Positions 1 to 9,450 of a stretch of 64,000 nucleotides of DNA are shown here, in pieces. The notes under the pieces are model-generated. The model had not been told where the DNA came from, did not search any database, and worked only from the letters and a program-made list of their open reading frames with translations. Origin of the DNA: Limnochordia bacterium (lineage in GTDB: Bacteria > Bacillota > Limnochordia > DTU080). Numbering within the stretch: position 1 is the stretch's first letter; each line of letters begins with the position of its first letter. The stretch is taken from positions 1 to 64,000 of the forward strand of contig JBMNJG010000011.1 in NCBI GenBank assembly GCA_050951545.1, in the 5' to 3' direction. The position numbers were made by a program, and so were the translations under genes.

Positions 1-50
1 ACTCTAGTAAACCCTAGTTTAGTTCTAGATATTCTATATATATGGTCAAG

Positions 51-149
51 TTTTAATAGGGCAACCCGTAACTTTTAATAGGGCAGCCCGTAACTTTTAA
101 TAGGGCAACCCGTAACTTTTAATAAGGCAGCCGTTAATTTTTAATAGGC
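51..149. repeat. Tandem 22-bp direct repeats (iteron-like), consensus TTTTAATAGGGCARCCCGTAAC
   Basis: Units at 51-72, 73-94 and 95-116 (near-identical), 117-138 (degenerate) and a partial unit from 139. There are no spacers. An AT-rich tract (1-50) flanks them and they abut the 3' end of a Rep-like gene. Confidence 0.9.
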
Positions 150-986
150 GATTTTAGACGTTAAGGTTTTGTGTCTTAACAGACGTCCTGGTCTCAGATA
201 GACCTTTATCCATCTGTCAACCCTCTCAATCAATTTATATCGTTCTAGTTCCTCCAATATTGGGGTTAGATTCGTACGTTCAATTTTAGCTAGCTTACAG
301 AGTTTAGAAAGGGAAATATCGCAGACGTCCCATTTACGGTTGCGGATATAATCATCGTAGTTAACCCCGGTCCAATCCCCACCGTAATCCTCCCCTTCGA
401 TAACAGAATATAGTTCAAAATCCTGCTTCGCGACAGCACGCATGGTCAAATAAAGAACCTTCGCCCTTGGTTTTAGCTCAGCCCATATTCCGTTATCAAT
501 AATGCAGTTATAAAAATAGATTGCTCCTCCATGCTGTCTGGTCTCGTCCAGCATGGGTTTGCGGAAGAAGCCCACTCGGTAGATGTAGAAATGGCGGGGG
601 CCATCTGTAACCTTTTCTTTTGTTAGCAGTCCGGCGTTCTCTAATTCCTTCAAGGCATTGCGGACGCTGTTCTCGCTCACTCCTGCAAAGCGGGCAATAT
701 TTTTCTGCGATATCTGGAAGGCTTCATCCTTCTCAAAATCGGCCTCACAGCAAAGCACCGGATAAACAGCCAGGGCCGCTTTCGATAAGCCTAGCTCAAG
801 TATCACGCTTTTAGGAATAGCCCGGAAGCTGTCCATGTTAAGTTGGTCTATATCAGAAAAAGCCTTCTCCTTTGGCCTATTGTACACTTGCCTGAACACC
901 TCCTTTTGCTGTTTCTTTTTCTCTTCCTTCTGTCTCTGAATATCCCGTAATATAGCCATCCCCGGGATTCTTCTCTTTGTCATCAT
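141..986 (-). CDS. Putative plasmid/phage replication initiator with two winged-HTH domains
   Basis: Two wHTH-like segments: LSKAALAVYPVL..ISQKNIARFAGVSENSVRNALKELENAGLL and LKPRAKVLYLTM..ISLSKLCKLAKIERTNLTPILEELERYKLI. An SD (AAGGAG) lies upstream and iterons are adjacent. Confidence 0.7.
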   Translation of the reverse strand: MMTKRRIPGMAILRDIQRQKEEKKKQQKEVFRQVYNRPKEKAFSDIDQLNMDSFRAIPKSVILELGLSKAALAVYPVLCCEADFEKDEAFQISQKNIARFAGVSENSVRNALKELENAGLLTKEKVTDGPRHFYIYRVGFFRKPMLDETRQHGGAIYFYNCIIDNGIWAELKPRAKVLYLTMRAVAKQDFELYSVIEGEDYGGDWTGVNYDDYIRNRKWDVCDISLSKLCKLAKIERTNLTPILEELERYKLIERVDRWIKVYLRPGRLLRHKTLTSKIAY

Positions 987-1002
987 CCATCGCTCCTTCG
1001 AT

Positions 1003-1209
1003 CTACATTATTTTCCTTTTCATTTCCCTCGCGAAATTCCTCCAGCGTTGGAAGGCTTCTTCTGTAGCTTCGTCCCTTTTGAACCGCAAGAATACGTCCC
1101 CGTGTTTGCCTCTTCCTACCGCTACAGGACGCAGGCCACAGTCTAAGAAGTATTGAGCCTGAACCAAGTTATAAACATACACATCCCCTCGGTTTTTAGT
1201 TCGGGGCAT
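1003..1209 (-). CDS. Small mobile-element protein (DUF5659-like)
   Basis: 68 aa with a VYNxxQAxYFxxxG...FxxF...W pattern, strong SD (GAGGTGA), directly upstream of rep. Confidence 0.55.
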   Translation of the reverse strand: MPRTKNRGDVYVYNLVQAQYFLDCGLRPVAVGRGKHGDVFLRFKRDEATEEAFQRWRNFAREMKRKIM

Positions 1210-1331
1210 CGTTCATCACCTCATCTTTCCACTTTTTGTCCCTCCCCCTCATTATACAAATGAGGTTAATTTCATTAAGGGAGGAGGAGGAGGAGGAAGG
1301 ATAAAACCATATATAACATTTCGGTTATGTG

Positions 1332-1380
1332 CCGCCCGGTAGCCCCAGAAGCGCCACCAGGGCGGGAAAGCGCGCCCTTA
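1332..1380 (+). other. Putative MOBQ-type origin of transfer (oriT)
   Basis: Inverted repeat CCGCCCGGT...ACCAGGGCGG is followed directly by AAAGCGCGCCCTTA, resembling the MOBQ nic core TAAGTGCGCCCT. Confidence 0.5.
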
Positions 1381-1516
1381 GGCGGTGAAATAGAGCCCTT
1401 CGGGCGATCAAAATGAGCAAAAAGGGCTTCGCGAAGACCGCATCGCTAGGTTCTTACCACCAACCCAAGCGAACGCACGGAGATTACCGCAGTTTTTTGC
1501 GTGGCCCCGTCCTGAT

Positions 1517-3232
1517 CAGGACTTCCGCAAGCCACTAAGTTGAAGGCACCCTGAAAGGGCCTATGAAGGGGTATTGGGGGCCTAGCGGGAAGAGGGACCT
1601 TGTTCGAAAATTCTGTCAGTCAATTCGCGCGGTTGGCGCGGATGTGAAGATAAAGACTTCTGGTGGCGTAAGAAGAGAATCCCCGTAGCTGCCGAATGCA
1701 GTAGTTACCAGCCGCTGCGAAAGGGGCTACGGGGAAACATGGCAGATGTGTTTGAACGGTTCGTTAACTATTGTAATGGAACCTACGGCGTTGAGCAACA
1801 CCTTCGGCAGGTTAAGGATGGCCGGGTCCGGCCGCGTTACGGATTGCCTGGCCTAACATGGAAGATGATGATAGGCATTGTTACGGGGATTCGTAGCATG
1901 AATCAGTTGGCGGAGGCCATCCGTGACGGTAGCTATGATGGTGTAGCTGGCACGGACCGCCCTAGTGCTGATACGTTCATCTACGCTTTTGAGCGGGTTG
2001 ACCGCGACAGTCTTGTACGGGCAAGTGACGCCATCATCACCAAAGCCAGAAGGAACAAGGCGTTGGACCAGACACGGGTTGAGGGTTTCCGCGTCGTGGC
2101 AATCGACGGCACAGGGTTGTTCTCGACCAAGAGCGAGCGTTTGGGCCATGCAGGTCACCATCGGAAGGACGTGCATGGCGGAAGTGTCGAGAAGGAAAGG
2201 TATCTGGAGCATGCCCTAGGCGTCCAGTATGTGAGCGCATCAGGGACAAATCTCCTTTTAGACATGGTGCGCATACCGGCCGGACAGGGAGAGACGACTG
2301 TCGCCCGAGCCGTGCTTAAGGACCTCTATCAGCGTCATTGCCGGTTTTGCGATGTTGTGACCGTGGACGCCGGTTTCGCTGGGAGCCCCTTTCTTAACAC
2401 CGTACTGGGACAGAATAAGCATGTTATCGTTCGGGTAAAGCAGGAGGACTACAACATCATCAAGGATGCCGATGCTCTTTTTGAAGGACAAAGCCCCAAC
2501 GAGGTACACCGGCGTGTTCGATTGAAGGCCGAAAGCAATACGGTGTATGATGTCCAGACCTGGGAGGACGAGGGCTTCACCAGCTGGGAGGGCGTGAATG
2601 AGCCCTTGCGCTGTATTAAGGTTCGTGAGATACGCAGGGAGCTCAACGCGGCCGGTGAGACGATCAAAGAGCAGGAGGTAACCACTCACTTTGTGACCAA
2701 TGCCAGCAGGAAGATAATGCCCGCACTGACTGTGTGGAAGATAGCGCACCGGCGCTGGGACATCGAGAATGGTGGGTTCCATTTCCTGAAGCATCATTTC
2801 CACCTAGGCCATGCCTACTGCTACGAGCCACAAGTCATTGAGGTTTTGCTCACGCTATTCGTCATGGCCTACAACCTGTTTCAGCTGTTTGTGAGGCGCA
2901 ACCTACGGTCCTACAAGTGGGGCAGAGTGACGTTGCGGGGAGTCATGCGGCAGATCCGCGACGGCATGGTCGTGGTGGCCTATCTGGCTCGCAGGCGGGT
3001 GAGGGAAAAGGCCTACCCACCTAGAGAGATGGTAGTCGTTACGTAGGTCGGAGAAGGCCGATCTGCACACGGGAGAATAACTACCTCGGGCCGCAGTAGA
3101 CGTATTCTCTGGGGGTAAGGGGGCCTTATTACCTGCGAGCCACCCGAATGACCGGAGCGAAGTGAAGAGACAGCAGGACGAAGGAGCGCGCACCTCGTCA
3201 GGGACCAGCGGCGGTTCCTTGCGGAAGTCCTG
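1517..3232 (+). mobile_element. Complete insertion sequence (1716 bp; DDE type, ISAs1/IS4-like)
   Basis: Perfect 15-bp TIRs CAGGACTTCCGCAAG (1517-1531) and CTTGCGGAAGTCCTG (3218-3232). The 9-bp target duplication CGTCCTGAT is at 1508-1516 and 3233-3241. Confidence 0.95.
1739..3046 (+). CDS. DDE transposase (DDE_Tnp_1-like)
   Basis: VVAIDGT, VVTVDAGF and HRRWDIEN motifs give the D-D-E triad; the ORF lies within the TIRs. Confidence 0.93.
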   Translation: MADVFERFVNYCNGTYGVEQHLRQVKDGRVRPRYGLPGLTWKMMIGIVTGIRSMNQLAEAIRDGSYDGVAGTDRPSADTFIYAFERVDRDSLVRASDAIITKARRNKALDQTRVEGFRVVAIDGTGLFSTKSERLGHAGHHRKDVHGGSVEKERYLEHALGVQYVSASGTNLLLDMVRIPAGQGETTVARAVLKDLYQRHCRFCDVVTVDAGFAGSPFLNTVLGQNKHVIVRVKQEDYNIIKDADALFEGQSPNEVHRRVRLKAESNTVYDVQTWEDEGFTSWEGVNEPLRCIKVREIRRELNAAGETIKEQEVTTHFVTNASRKIMPALTVWKIAHRRWDIENGGFHFLKHHFHLGHAYCYEPQVIEVLLTLFVMAYNLFQLFVRRNLRSYKWGRVTLRGVMRQIRDGMVVVAYLARRRVREKAYPPREMVVVT

Positions 3233-3249
3233 CGTCCTGATGGGAATGG

Positions 3250-3278
3250 TTGCCGAATATGCCATACAGGTATACAAT
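3250..3278 (+). promoter_or_regulatory. Sigma-A-type promoter of the XRE gene
   Basis: TTGCCG-17 nt-TACAAT. Confidence 0.6.
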
Positions 3279-3301
3279 AGCTAGATGCGGGGGGTGGCGG
3301 T

Positions 3302-3679
3302 ATGAGCTGGCTTGTCGAGCAAGTGGGTCTGCGGATCAGGGAGTTGCGTAAGCAGTCGGGCTATACGCTCGAGGAGCTCGGTGCACGTTTGGGAATGAAA
3401 GGGCACAGTGTATGGCGACTGGAGACCGGGCGGCGCACCCCGAGTTTGGAGCTCATCGAGAAGCTGGGGGAGATTTATGGGGTAACACCTGATTACTTCT
3501 TCGAAGCCGATTCGTCAGTGACCACACGGCCCGAGGCCAAAGAGCTTGACCCGCTTCTTCAGGATCTTTGGGAAGAGTGGAATCAACGCCTCCATTGTGA
3601 GCATCCTATGAACAGAGATCAGGCCGCAGCAGTTCTCAGGGCCATGTTAGGCGCCCTGAGAGATTTGGAGGTTGAATAG
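3302..3679 (+). CDS. XRE-family HTH transcriptional regulator
   Basis: RIRELRKQSGYTLEELGARLGM..VWRLETGRRTPSLELIEKLGEIYGVTPDYF is a typical HTH_3 domain. Confidence 0.9.
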   Translation: MSWLVEQVGLRIRELRKQSGYTLEELGARLGMKGHSVWRLETGRRTPSLELIEKLGEIYGVTPDYFFEADSSVTTRPEAKELDPLLQDLWEEWNQRLHCEHPMNRDQAAAVLRAMLGALRDLEVE

Positions 3680-3934
3680 GTCTTGGTGATCCAGCGAGTC
3701 TGTCAGTCGTCGGTGATCGACCAAAAGGCACACGAAAAAGGGAAGGAAAATAGTTCATCCGGCCAAAGGTATCGAAAAACTGGTGGTTTCGTTGCCTGTA
3801 ATCCTTGCGGATGGCATGCGAGGCGTGTAAAATAGAACGCAGTGTTAAAAAGAGTGTCTTAGTCGTTATGGCCTTTAGATTACGTGACGGTAGATGGGGC
3901 AGAGGCTTTTTCGCTGCTTTGGTTAGGTCAAATG

Positions 3935-3963
3935 TTGACAGATGGGGTATATCACGCTACAAT
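3935..3963 (+). promoter_or_regulatory. Sigma-A promoter of codY
   Basis: TTGACA-17 nt-TACAAT. Confidence 0.7.
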
Positions 3964-4113
3964 ATCTGCAACCACTACTGTTTTGCATAGGGTAGCACTT
4001 CCGCAATCGACCAAATACATGATTAACAACCGTTAAGTGGGAGTCCGTCGGGAAAGGTCTTGTCGTCCCGATGGGAGTCCCAGCAGAAACCAACGGTCGG
4101 AGAAGGGGAAAGG

Positions 4114-4902
4114 GTGAAGGATCTAATGCTCCTCAAGAAGATGAACAAGCTTACCCAGATTCTTCAGAACGAGGGTGGCGCTATTGATTTCAGTGATCTC
4201 GGAGGTACCCTCCGAGACGCTGTAGGCGAGTGCAGCGTGTACGTTGTTAGCCGCAAGGGCAAGCTCCTGGGCTATGCTCTCGAAGGTGACTTTGATAGCA
4301 CGCCTTTCGATGCCGAGTGGATAGATACAGGGTACCTACCTGAGGATCTGGCGAATGGCCTACTCAAGGTGGGTGTCATGTCAAGTGAGACCGAGGCCTC
4401 CAAGGTAACTGGTGGGCATAACTCGATTGTGGCTCCTGTTGTCGGTTCAGGCAGACGCGTCGGTACCCTTCTGGTGGTCAGAGAAGCCGGGAACTTTACT
4501 TCGGATGACATGGTGTTGACCGAGTACGCCTCTACAGCAGTCGGGCTGATCATGAGCTACCTGCTGGATATGGAAGAAGAGGACGAGGCTGAGGAAAAGC
4601 GCATGGCGCGTTCGGCGATTCGCAGCCTTTCATACTCGGAGATCCTTGCCATGCAGCACATCTTCGATGAGCTTGATGGCGACGAGGGTCTGCTGGTCGC
4701 TTCGCGTATAGCTGATGAGGCCGGCATCACGCGCAGTGTTATTGTCAACGCGCTTCGCAAGCTCGCCTCGGCTAACGTCATCGAGTCGCGTTCCCTCGGA
4801 ATGAAGGGCACGTATCTGCGTATCCTCAACCGCGAGGTGCGCAATGAGCTTGATAGGCAGCGTTATCCATATCTCACGAGCGGTGGCAAGAAGCAGGAGT
4901 AG
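4114..4902 (+). CDS. codY: GTP/BCAA-sensing transcriptional repressor CodY (start GTG 4114 or ATG 4126)
   Basis: YVVSRKGKLLGY in the GAF domain; LSYSE..EGLLVASRIADEAGITRSVIVNALRKL..IESRSLGMKGTY in the HTH domain. Confidence 0.96.
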   Translation: MKDLMLLKKMNKLTQILQNEGGAIDFSDLGGTLRDAVGECSVYVVSRKGKLLGYALEGDFDSTPFDAEWIDTGYLPEDLANGLLKVGVMSSETEASKVTGGHNSIVAPVVGSGRRVGTLLVVREAGNFTSDDMVLTEYASTAVGLIMSYLLDMEEEDEAEEKRMARSAIRSLSYSEILAMQHIFDELDGDEGLLVASRIADEAGITRSVIVNALRKLASANVIESRSLGMKGTYLRILNREVRNELDRQRYPYLTSGGKKQE

Positions 4903-4945
4903 TCCACTTTGCCTGGTGTTGACTACGGCCAGGCTGTGTGAACAC

Positions 4946-4979
4946 AGTAGCGGGGGCCTCACGGGTCCCCGCTGCTTTG
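4946..4979. terminator. Probable bidirectional terminator between codY and dinB
   Basis: Hairpin AGCGGGGG..TCCCCGCT between convergent genes. Confidence 0.6.
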
Positions 4980-4986
4980 TCAGTGC

Positions 4987-6036
4987 TTAGAACAGCCCCA
5001 GCTGGCAGTAGGAAGTCAATTCGGACACGTAGACCCCCAGGAGGCGGACGGGGCGCTTGGGTTGGAGAGAGCGCAAGAGAGAATGCGCAGTGTTCATGAT
5101 GTGAACGGAGGTCTGCACACCTTGGGGTGTGCGGCGTTGCCGTGATACAGTGTCGAAATCACTAAAGCGTACCTTGAGACTGACAGTCCTTGCGTACCGA
5201 CCGTCCTGTTGCAGGCGTTGTGCGACTCGCTCGCTAAGGTTTCTCAGTTCTTCCGTAAGAAGCGCGCCGGGACGCAGGTCAGTGGGAAATGTGATCTCGT
5301 GACCGATGGATTTGGCTGGGCCAGGAGGCTCAACGGGTCGTTCGTCGATGCCGCGACAGAGGTCATATAGTATAGTCCCCCATTTGCCTAGCTGCTGGCT
5401 GAGCCAGCCAAGGCTCTTCTGGCGCAGGTCAGCCACAGTATGCACTCCCAGGCCAGCAAGCCGCTCTGCCGTTTTCTCGCCCACCCCCCACAGCTTGCGA
5501 ACAGGCAAGGGCAGAAGAAGGCCATCGACGTCTGAAGGGCGTATCACGACAAGACCGTCAGGCTTGCGGAGATCCGAGGCCAGTTTGGCCAGAAATTTGC
5601 AGGGAGCGATCCCAACGGATGCTGTACAGCCAACAGCGTCAACTACTCTCTGCTTAATGGCCAGCCCCATCTCCTCTAGGTCCGGGAAAAGATGCGCATC
5701 GGCAGTCATGTCGAGAAAAGCCTCGTCGATAGACAGAGGCTCGACCACGGGAGCTAGCTGTTGGAATACCTCGTGCACTTGGGCCGAGACCTCGCGATAG
5801 CGCTCGAAACTGGGCGGTATGAAGATGCCTTGAGGGCACAGACGGGCAGCCTGTACAATAGGCATGGCAGAGTGAACGCCAAGGCGACGGGCTTCATAAG
5901 AGCAGGAAGCGACCACAGCTCTTCGGGAATCTTTGTATCCGCCCACGATAAGCGGCTGGCCACGGTATGCAGGGTGAAGCTGCGTCTCTACAGCGCAGTA
6001 GAATGCATCCATGTCAACGTGTACAATGATACGCAC
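4987..6036 (-). CDS. dinB: DNA polymerase IV (Y-family)
   Basis: HVDMDAFY, SYEARRLGVHSAMP, SIDEAFLD, KFLAKLASDLRKPDG and VRLLGV motifs. Confidence 0.96.
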   Translation of the reverse strand: MRIIVHVDMDAFYCAVETQLHPAYRGQPLIVGGYKDSRRAVVASCSYEARRLGVHSAMPIVQAARLCPQGIFIPPSFERYREVSAQVHEVFQQLAPVVEPLSIDEAFLDMTADAHLFPDLEEMGLAIKQRVVDAVGCTASVGIAPCKFLAKLASDLRKPDGLVVIRPSDVDGLLLPLPVRKLWGVGEKTAERLAGLGVHTVADLRQKSLGWLSQQLGKWGTILYDLCRGIDERPVEPPGPAKSIGHEITFPTDLRPGALLTEELRNLSERVAQRLQQDGRYARTVSLKVRFSDFDTVSRQRRTPQGVQTSVHIMNTAHSLLRSLQPKRPVRLLGVYVSELTSYCQLGLF

Positions 6037-6056
6037 AGAGTTGCCTCCCGGAAGGG

Positions 6057-6086
6057 CGTACAGGTGTTCCCGTGTGCATTATATCA
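6057..6086 (-). promoter_or_regulatory. dinB promoter (extended -10) with LexA/SOS-box-like site
   Basis: The minus strand reads TGaTATAAT (6086-6078), followed by GGAAC-ACCT-GTACG (6070-6057), one mismatch from the Firmicutes GAAC-N4-GTTC core. Confidence 0.6.
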
Positions 6087-6116
6087 TGTCCGCATTACAG
6101 AAGGGGTGAAAAGCCC

Positions 6117-7358
6117 ATGAAAGCTGTGTTATTCGCGGTGGATGCTCATACTCCTGGCCTCGGGGTCGACGAGTCTCTCGTCGAACTCGGTCAGCTAGCC
6201 TCTTCTGCCGGAGCTACCGTGGTGGATGAGCTTGTACAACGCCGCGAGGCTCCGGATGCTTCTACCTACTTGGGGACGGGCAAGGTACTGGAGCTGGCTG
6301 AGCTGATGGAGGATCTGGATGCGGAACTGGCGATTTGCGACGATGAGCTAACCCCTGCTCAAGCGGGCAACCTGTCGGAACGGCTCGATCGACGAGTGGT
6401 TGATCGCACGCAGCTGATTCTCGACATCTTTGCCAGTAGGGCTCAGAGCAGAGAAGGAAAAGTGCAGGTGGAGCTGGCCCAGCTGCGCTACCTGCTTCCG
6501 AGACTGGCAGGGCAAGGTCTGGTATTGTCCCGACTCGGTGGTGGCATCGGCACACGAGGTCCAGGTGAGACCAAGCTGGAGAGCGACAGGCGGCATATCA
6601 GGCGCAGGATAGCAGAGCTGAGGCGGGAGCTGGATCGGATACGACAGAGGCGTCGTCTGCAGAGGGAATCTCGCCAAGCGTCGCACGTGCCTGTCGTGGC
6701 TCTGGTGGGCTACACCAATGCAGGTAAGTCGACACTCCTGAACGCGCTCTCCGGAGCATCAGTTCCGACGCAAGATCACCTTTTCTCCACCTTGGATCCA
6801 ACTGTCCGGGGGGTAGAGCTGCCGCGGTATGAACAGCGCGTCTGCATTGTCGATACGGTAGGTTTCATCCGTAAGCTGCCACATGATCTGATCGCTGCCT
6901 TTAGAGCAACGCTCGAGGAAGTGGTGGGCGCTGACATGCTGGTTCATGTGGTCGATAGCTCGCACCCGCAGATGTGGCAGCAGATGGAAGCCGTCCAAGA
7001 GGTCTTGGTAGAGCTGGGAGCGGCAGATAAGCTACTGGTAACGGCTTTCAACAAGAAGGACCGACAAGAGCCACAGGTACTGGCCACTTTTGTGGCCCGC
7101 ACTCCACATTCATGTACCATCTCTGCGCGATCTGGAGAGGGCTGTATGGCCCTGCTGGAGTTGGTAGAGGAGCTCCTGCCCGAACGGTACGTAGTCCGAG
7201 CTTATCGCATTCCCTATAGTGATGCGGGTGTGGTTTCGTGGCTTCATGCTTCGGCTCGAGTGCTGCACGAGGAATTTGATGGGGATGCAGCGAGGCTCAA
7301 GGTGGCGATAAGGCAGCAGCTGGCAGAGCAGGTACGGCGTTTCGAGGAGCCATTGTAA
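6117..7358 (+). CDS. hflX: Ribosome-splitting GTPase HflX
   Basis: GGGIGTRGPGETKLE, GYTNAGKST, DTVGFI and NKKD motifs. ATG 6117 follows an SD-like GGGGTGA. Confidence 0.96.
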   Translation: MKAVLFAVDAHTPGLGVDESLVELGQLASSAGATVVDELVQRREAPDASTYLGTGKVLELAELMEDLDAELAICDDELTPAQAGNLSERLDRRVVDRTQLILDIFASRAQSREGKVQVELAQLRYLLPRLAGQGLVLSRLGGGIGTRGPGETKLESDRRHIRRRIAELRRELDRIRQRRRLQRESRQASHVPVVALVGYTNAGKSTLLNALSGASVPTQDHLFSTLDPTVRGVELPRYEQRVCIVDTVGFIRKLPHDLIAAFRATLEEVVGADMLVHVVDSSHPQMWQQMEAVQEVLVELGAADKLLVTAFNKKDRQEPQVLATFVARTPHSCTISARSGEGCMALLELVEELLPERYVVRAYRIPYSDAGVVSWLHASARVLHEEFDGDAARLKVAIRQQLAEQVRRFEEPL

Positions 7359-7441
7359 TGGCTCTGGCACAATATGCTCTGCCTTCTTGAATGACGCTGT
7401 AGTAGAATAGGGTAGTGCTAGGCAGAAGAGGTGGCCCTTTA

Positions 7442-8386
7442 ATGAGCAGTCGCTTTTCCTACGGTGGGCAGGCAGTGATTGAGGGCGTCATGATGCGGGG
7501 GCGCAATAGCCTGGCTATTGCTGTTCGCCGCCCTTGCGGTGACATTGTGGTTAGCGAGAACGCCATAGGCGGCATTACGCGCCGCTATCCGTTCCTGAGA
7601 TGGCCGTTGGTTCGCGGTGTGGTAGGCTTGGTAGAGGCCCTTGTGATCGGTATGAGAGCTTTGAGTTTTTCCGCAAGTCAGTTCGCAGACGAAGGTGAAG
7701 GCGAGGAGCCATTAGGCATCAAGGAGATCATTCTTAGCATGCTCTTTGCCGTCGGGTTGACTGTAGTTTTATTCGTGATGTTACCCGCCTATCTGGTCAA
7801 ACTTGTGCAGATGCATATTGTGAGTAATCTAGTGCTCAACCTCATAGAAGGCTTTGTGAAGATAAGTCTTTTTTTGCTCTACGTAGCTCTCATCTCTTTT
7901 ATGCCCGACATCCGGCGCGTCTTCGAGTACCACGGGGCCGAGCACAAGACCATCAATTGCTATGAAGCAGGCATGGAGCTGACGGCGGGCAACGTCTGTA
8001 ACTGCAGCCGTTTCCACCCACGTTGTGGTACCAGTTTCATTGTCATAGTCATGCTGACGGGAATCCTGATCTTCTCGTTTTTCGGACGTCCGCCTTTCGT
8101 GACTCGAGTGCTGCTACATCTGGGTTTGTTACCTGTGGTTGCAGGGATCTCCTATGAGTTTATTCGTCTGGCTGGGCGTCAGCAAAAAAGCTGGTATGTC
8201 TGGCTTCTGTCGCGTCCGGGAATCTGGATGCAGTTCTTGACGACGCGCGAACCCGACCAGCAACAGGTGGAAGTGGCCATCCGTTCTCTCGAATTGGTGT
8301 TAGAACACGACGCGCGGACAGCGCAGGAAGCTGGCCGAACAGTGGTTGAGATGTTTGGGAGTGATGGTCGATGCTTGCGAAGCTAG
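7442..8386 (+). CDS. DUF1385 family membrane protein
   Basis: [31 protein letters not shown] and LTTREPD motifs; usual neighbour of prfA/prmC. Confidence 0.9.
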   Translation: MSSRFSYGGQAVIEGVMMRGRNSLAIAVRRPCGDIVVSENAIGGITRRYPFLRWPLVRGVVGLVEALVIGMRALSFSASQFADEGEGEEPLGIKEIILSMLFAVGLTVVLFVMLPAYLVKLVQMHIVSNLVLNLIEGFVKISLFLLYVALISFMPDIRRVFEYHGAEHKTINCYEAGMELTAGNVCNCSRFHPRCGTSFIVIVMLTGILIFSFFGRPPFVTRVLLHLGLLPVVAGISYEFIRLAGRQQKSWYVWLLSRPGIWMQFLTTREPDQQQVEVAIRSLELVLEHDARTAQEAGRTVVEMFGSDGRCLRS

Positions 8387-9450
8387 AGAGCATCGCTGAA
8401 CGATACCGCCAACTCACCGATGAGTTGGGCGATCCTTTAGTGGCGGGAGATGCTGAGCGTTACCAGCAGGTGGCCAAGGCCCATCATGCTTTGGAGGAAG
8501 TCGCAATTAGTTATGAGGAGTATAAGAGGGTACAGAATGAGCTGGAACAGGCTCAGGAATTGCTCTCAGATGCTTCCTCTGATGCGGAGCTGCGTGAGCT
8601 GGCTCAAAGCGAAATCGATCTACTCACTGATCGGCTGGCCATGCTGGAGGAGCAGCTGAAACTGCTCTTGCTGCCCAAAGATCCCCGTGACGAGAAGAAC
8701 GTGATCATGGAGATTCGAGCTGGGGCCGGAGGCGACGAGGCGGCGCTGTTCGCGGGTGATCTGCTACGCATGTATACGCGCTATGCGGAGAGACAAAACT
8801 GGCAGGCGGAGCTTCTCAGCAGTAGTGAGACAGAGTTGAGAGGCTTCAAGGAAGTCATCTTTATGATCAGTGGTCGTGGAGCCTACAGCCGACTGAAGTT
8901 TGAGAGTGGTGTGCATCGTGTACAACGTGTCCCTGATACTGAGGCCAGCGGCCGGATCCATACTTCCACAGCTACCGTGGCCGTCATGCCTGAGGCACAG
9001 GATGTAGAGGTAGCCATCGATCCTAATGACTTAAACATCGATGTCTTTCGTTCCGGTGGGCACGGTGGGCAGAGTGTCAACACTACAGACTCTGCGGTGC
9101 GCGTGACGCACTTGCCTACAGGGTTGGTGGTGACCTGTCAGGACGAGAAATCGCAGCTGAAGAATCGTGAGAAGGCCATTAAGGTACTAAAAGCCCGGCT
9201 GCTTGACGCGATGCAACAGGAACAAGACTCGGCTCTTGCAGAGGAGCGGCGCAGTCAGGTAGGCACTGGCGACAGGTCAGAGCGCATCCGAACCTATAAC
9301 TACCCCCAGAGCCGTTGCAGTGACCATCGCATTGGCTGGACAACACACGATCTGGCGGGGATACTCGATGGCGACCTAGACGCGGTGATTGATGCCTTGG
9401 CTACGCGACAGCAGGCTGATAGGCTGAAGAGAGCTGACGGTTCGAAGTGA
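8371..9450 (+). CDS. prfA: Peptide chain release factor 1
   Basis: GGQ motif ([16 protein letters not shown]) and RF1-specific PxT (VPDTE). Confidence 0.97.
   Translation: MLAKLESIAERYRQLTDELGDPLVAGDAERYQQVAKAHHALEEVAISYEEYKRVQNELEQAQELLSDASSDAELRELAQSEIDLLTDRLAMLEEQLKLLLLPKDPRDEKNVIMEIRAGAGGDEAALFAGDLLRMYTRYAERQNWQAELLSSSETELRGFKEVIFMISGRGAYSRLKFESGVHRVQRVPDTEASGRIHTSTATVAVMPEAQDVEVAIDPNDLNIDVFRSGGHGGQSVNTTDSAVRVTHLPTGLVVTCQDEKSQLKNREKAIKVLKARLLDAMQQEQDSALAEERRSQVGTGDRSERIRTYNYPQSRCSDHRIGWTTHDLAGILDGDLDAVIDALATRQQADRLKRADGSK

Noticed and set aside
51-149. CRISPR array
   Set aside because: The repeats are head-to-tail without spacers and no cas genes are present; they fit iterons.
1281-1300. 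(GGA)n tract as an RBS or phase-variation site
   Set aside because: Non-coding, with no downstream start on the plus strand and no evidence of function.
3805-3990. 61-aa ORF upstream of codY
   Set aside because: No SD or recognisable motif, and it overlaps the codY promoter.
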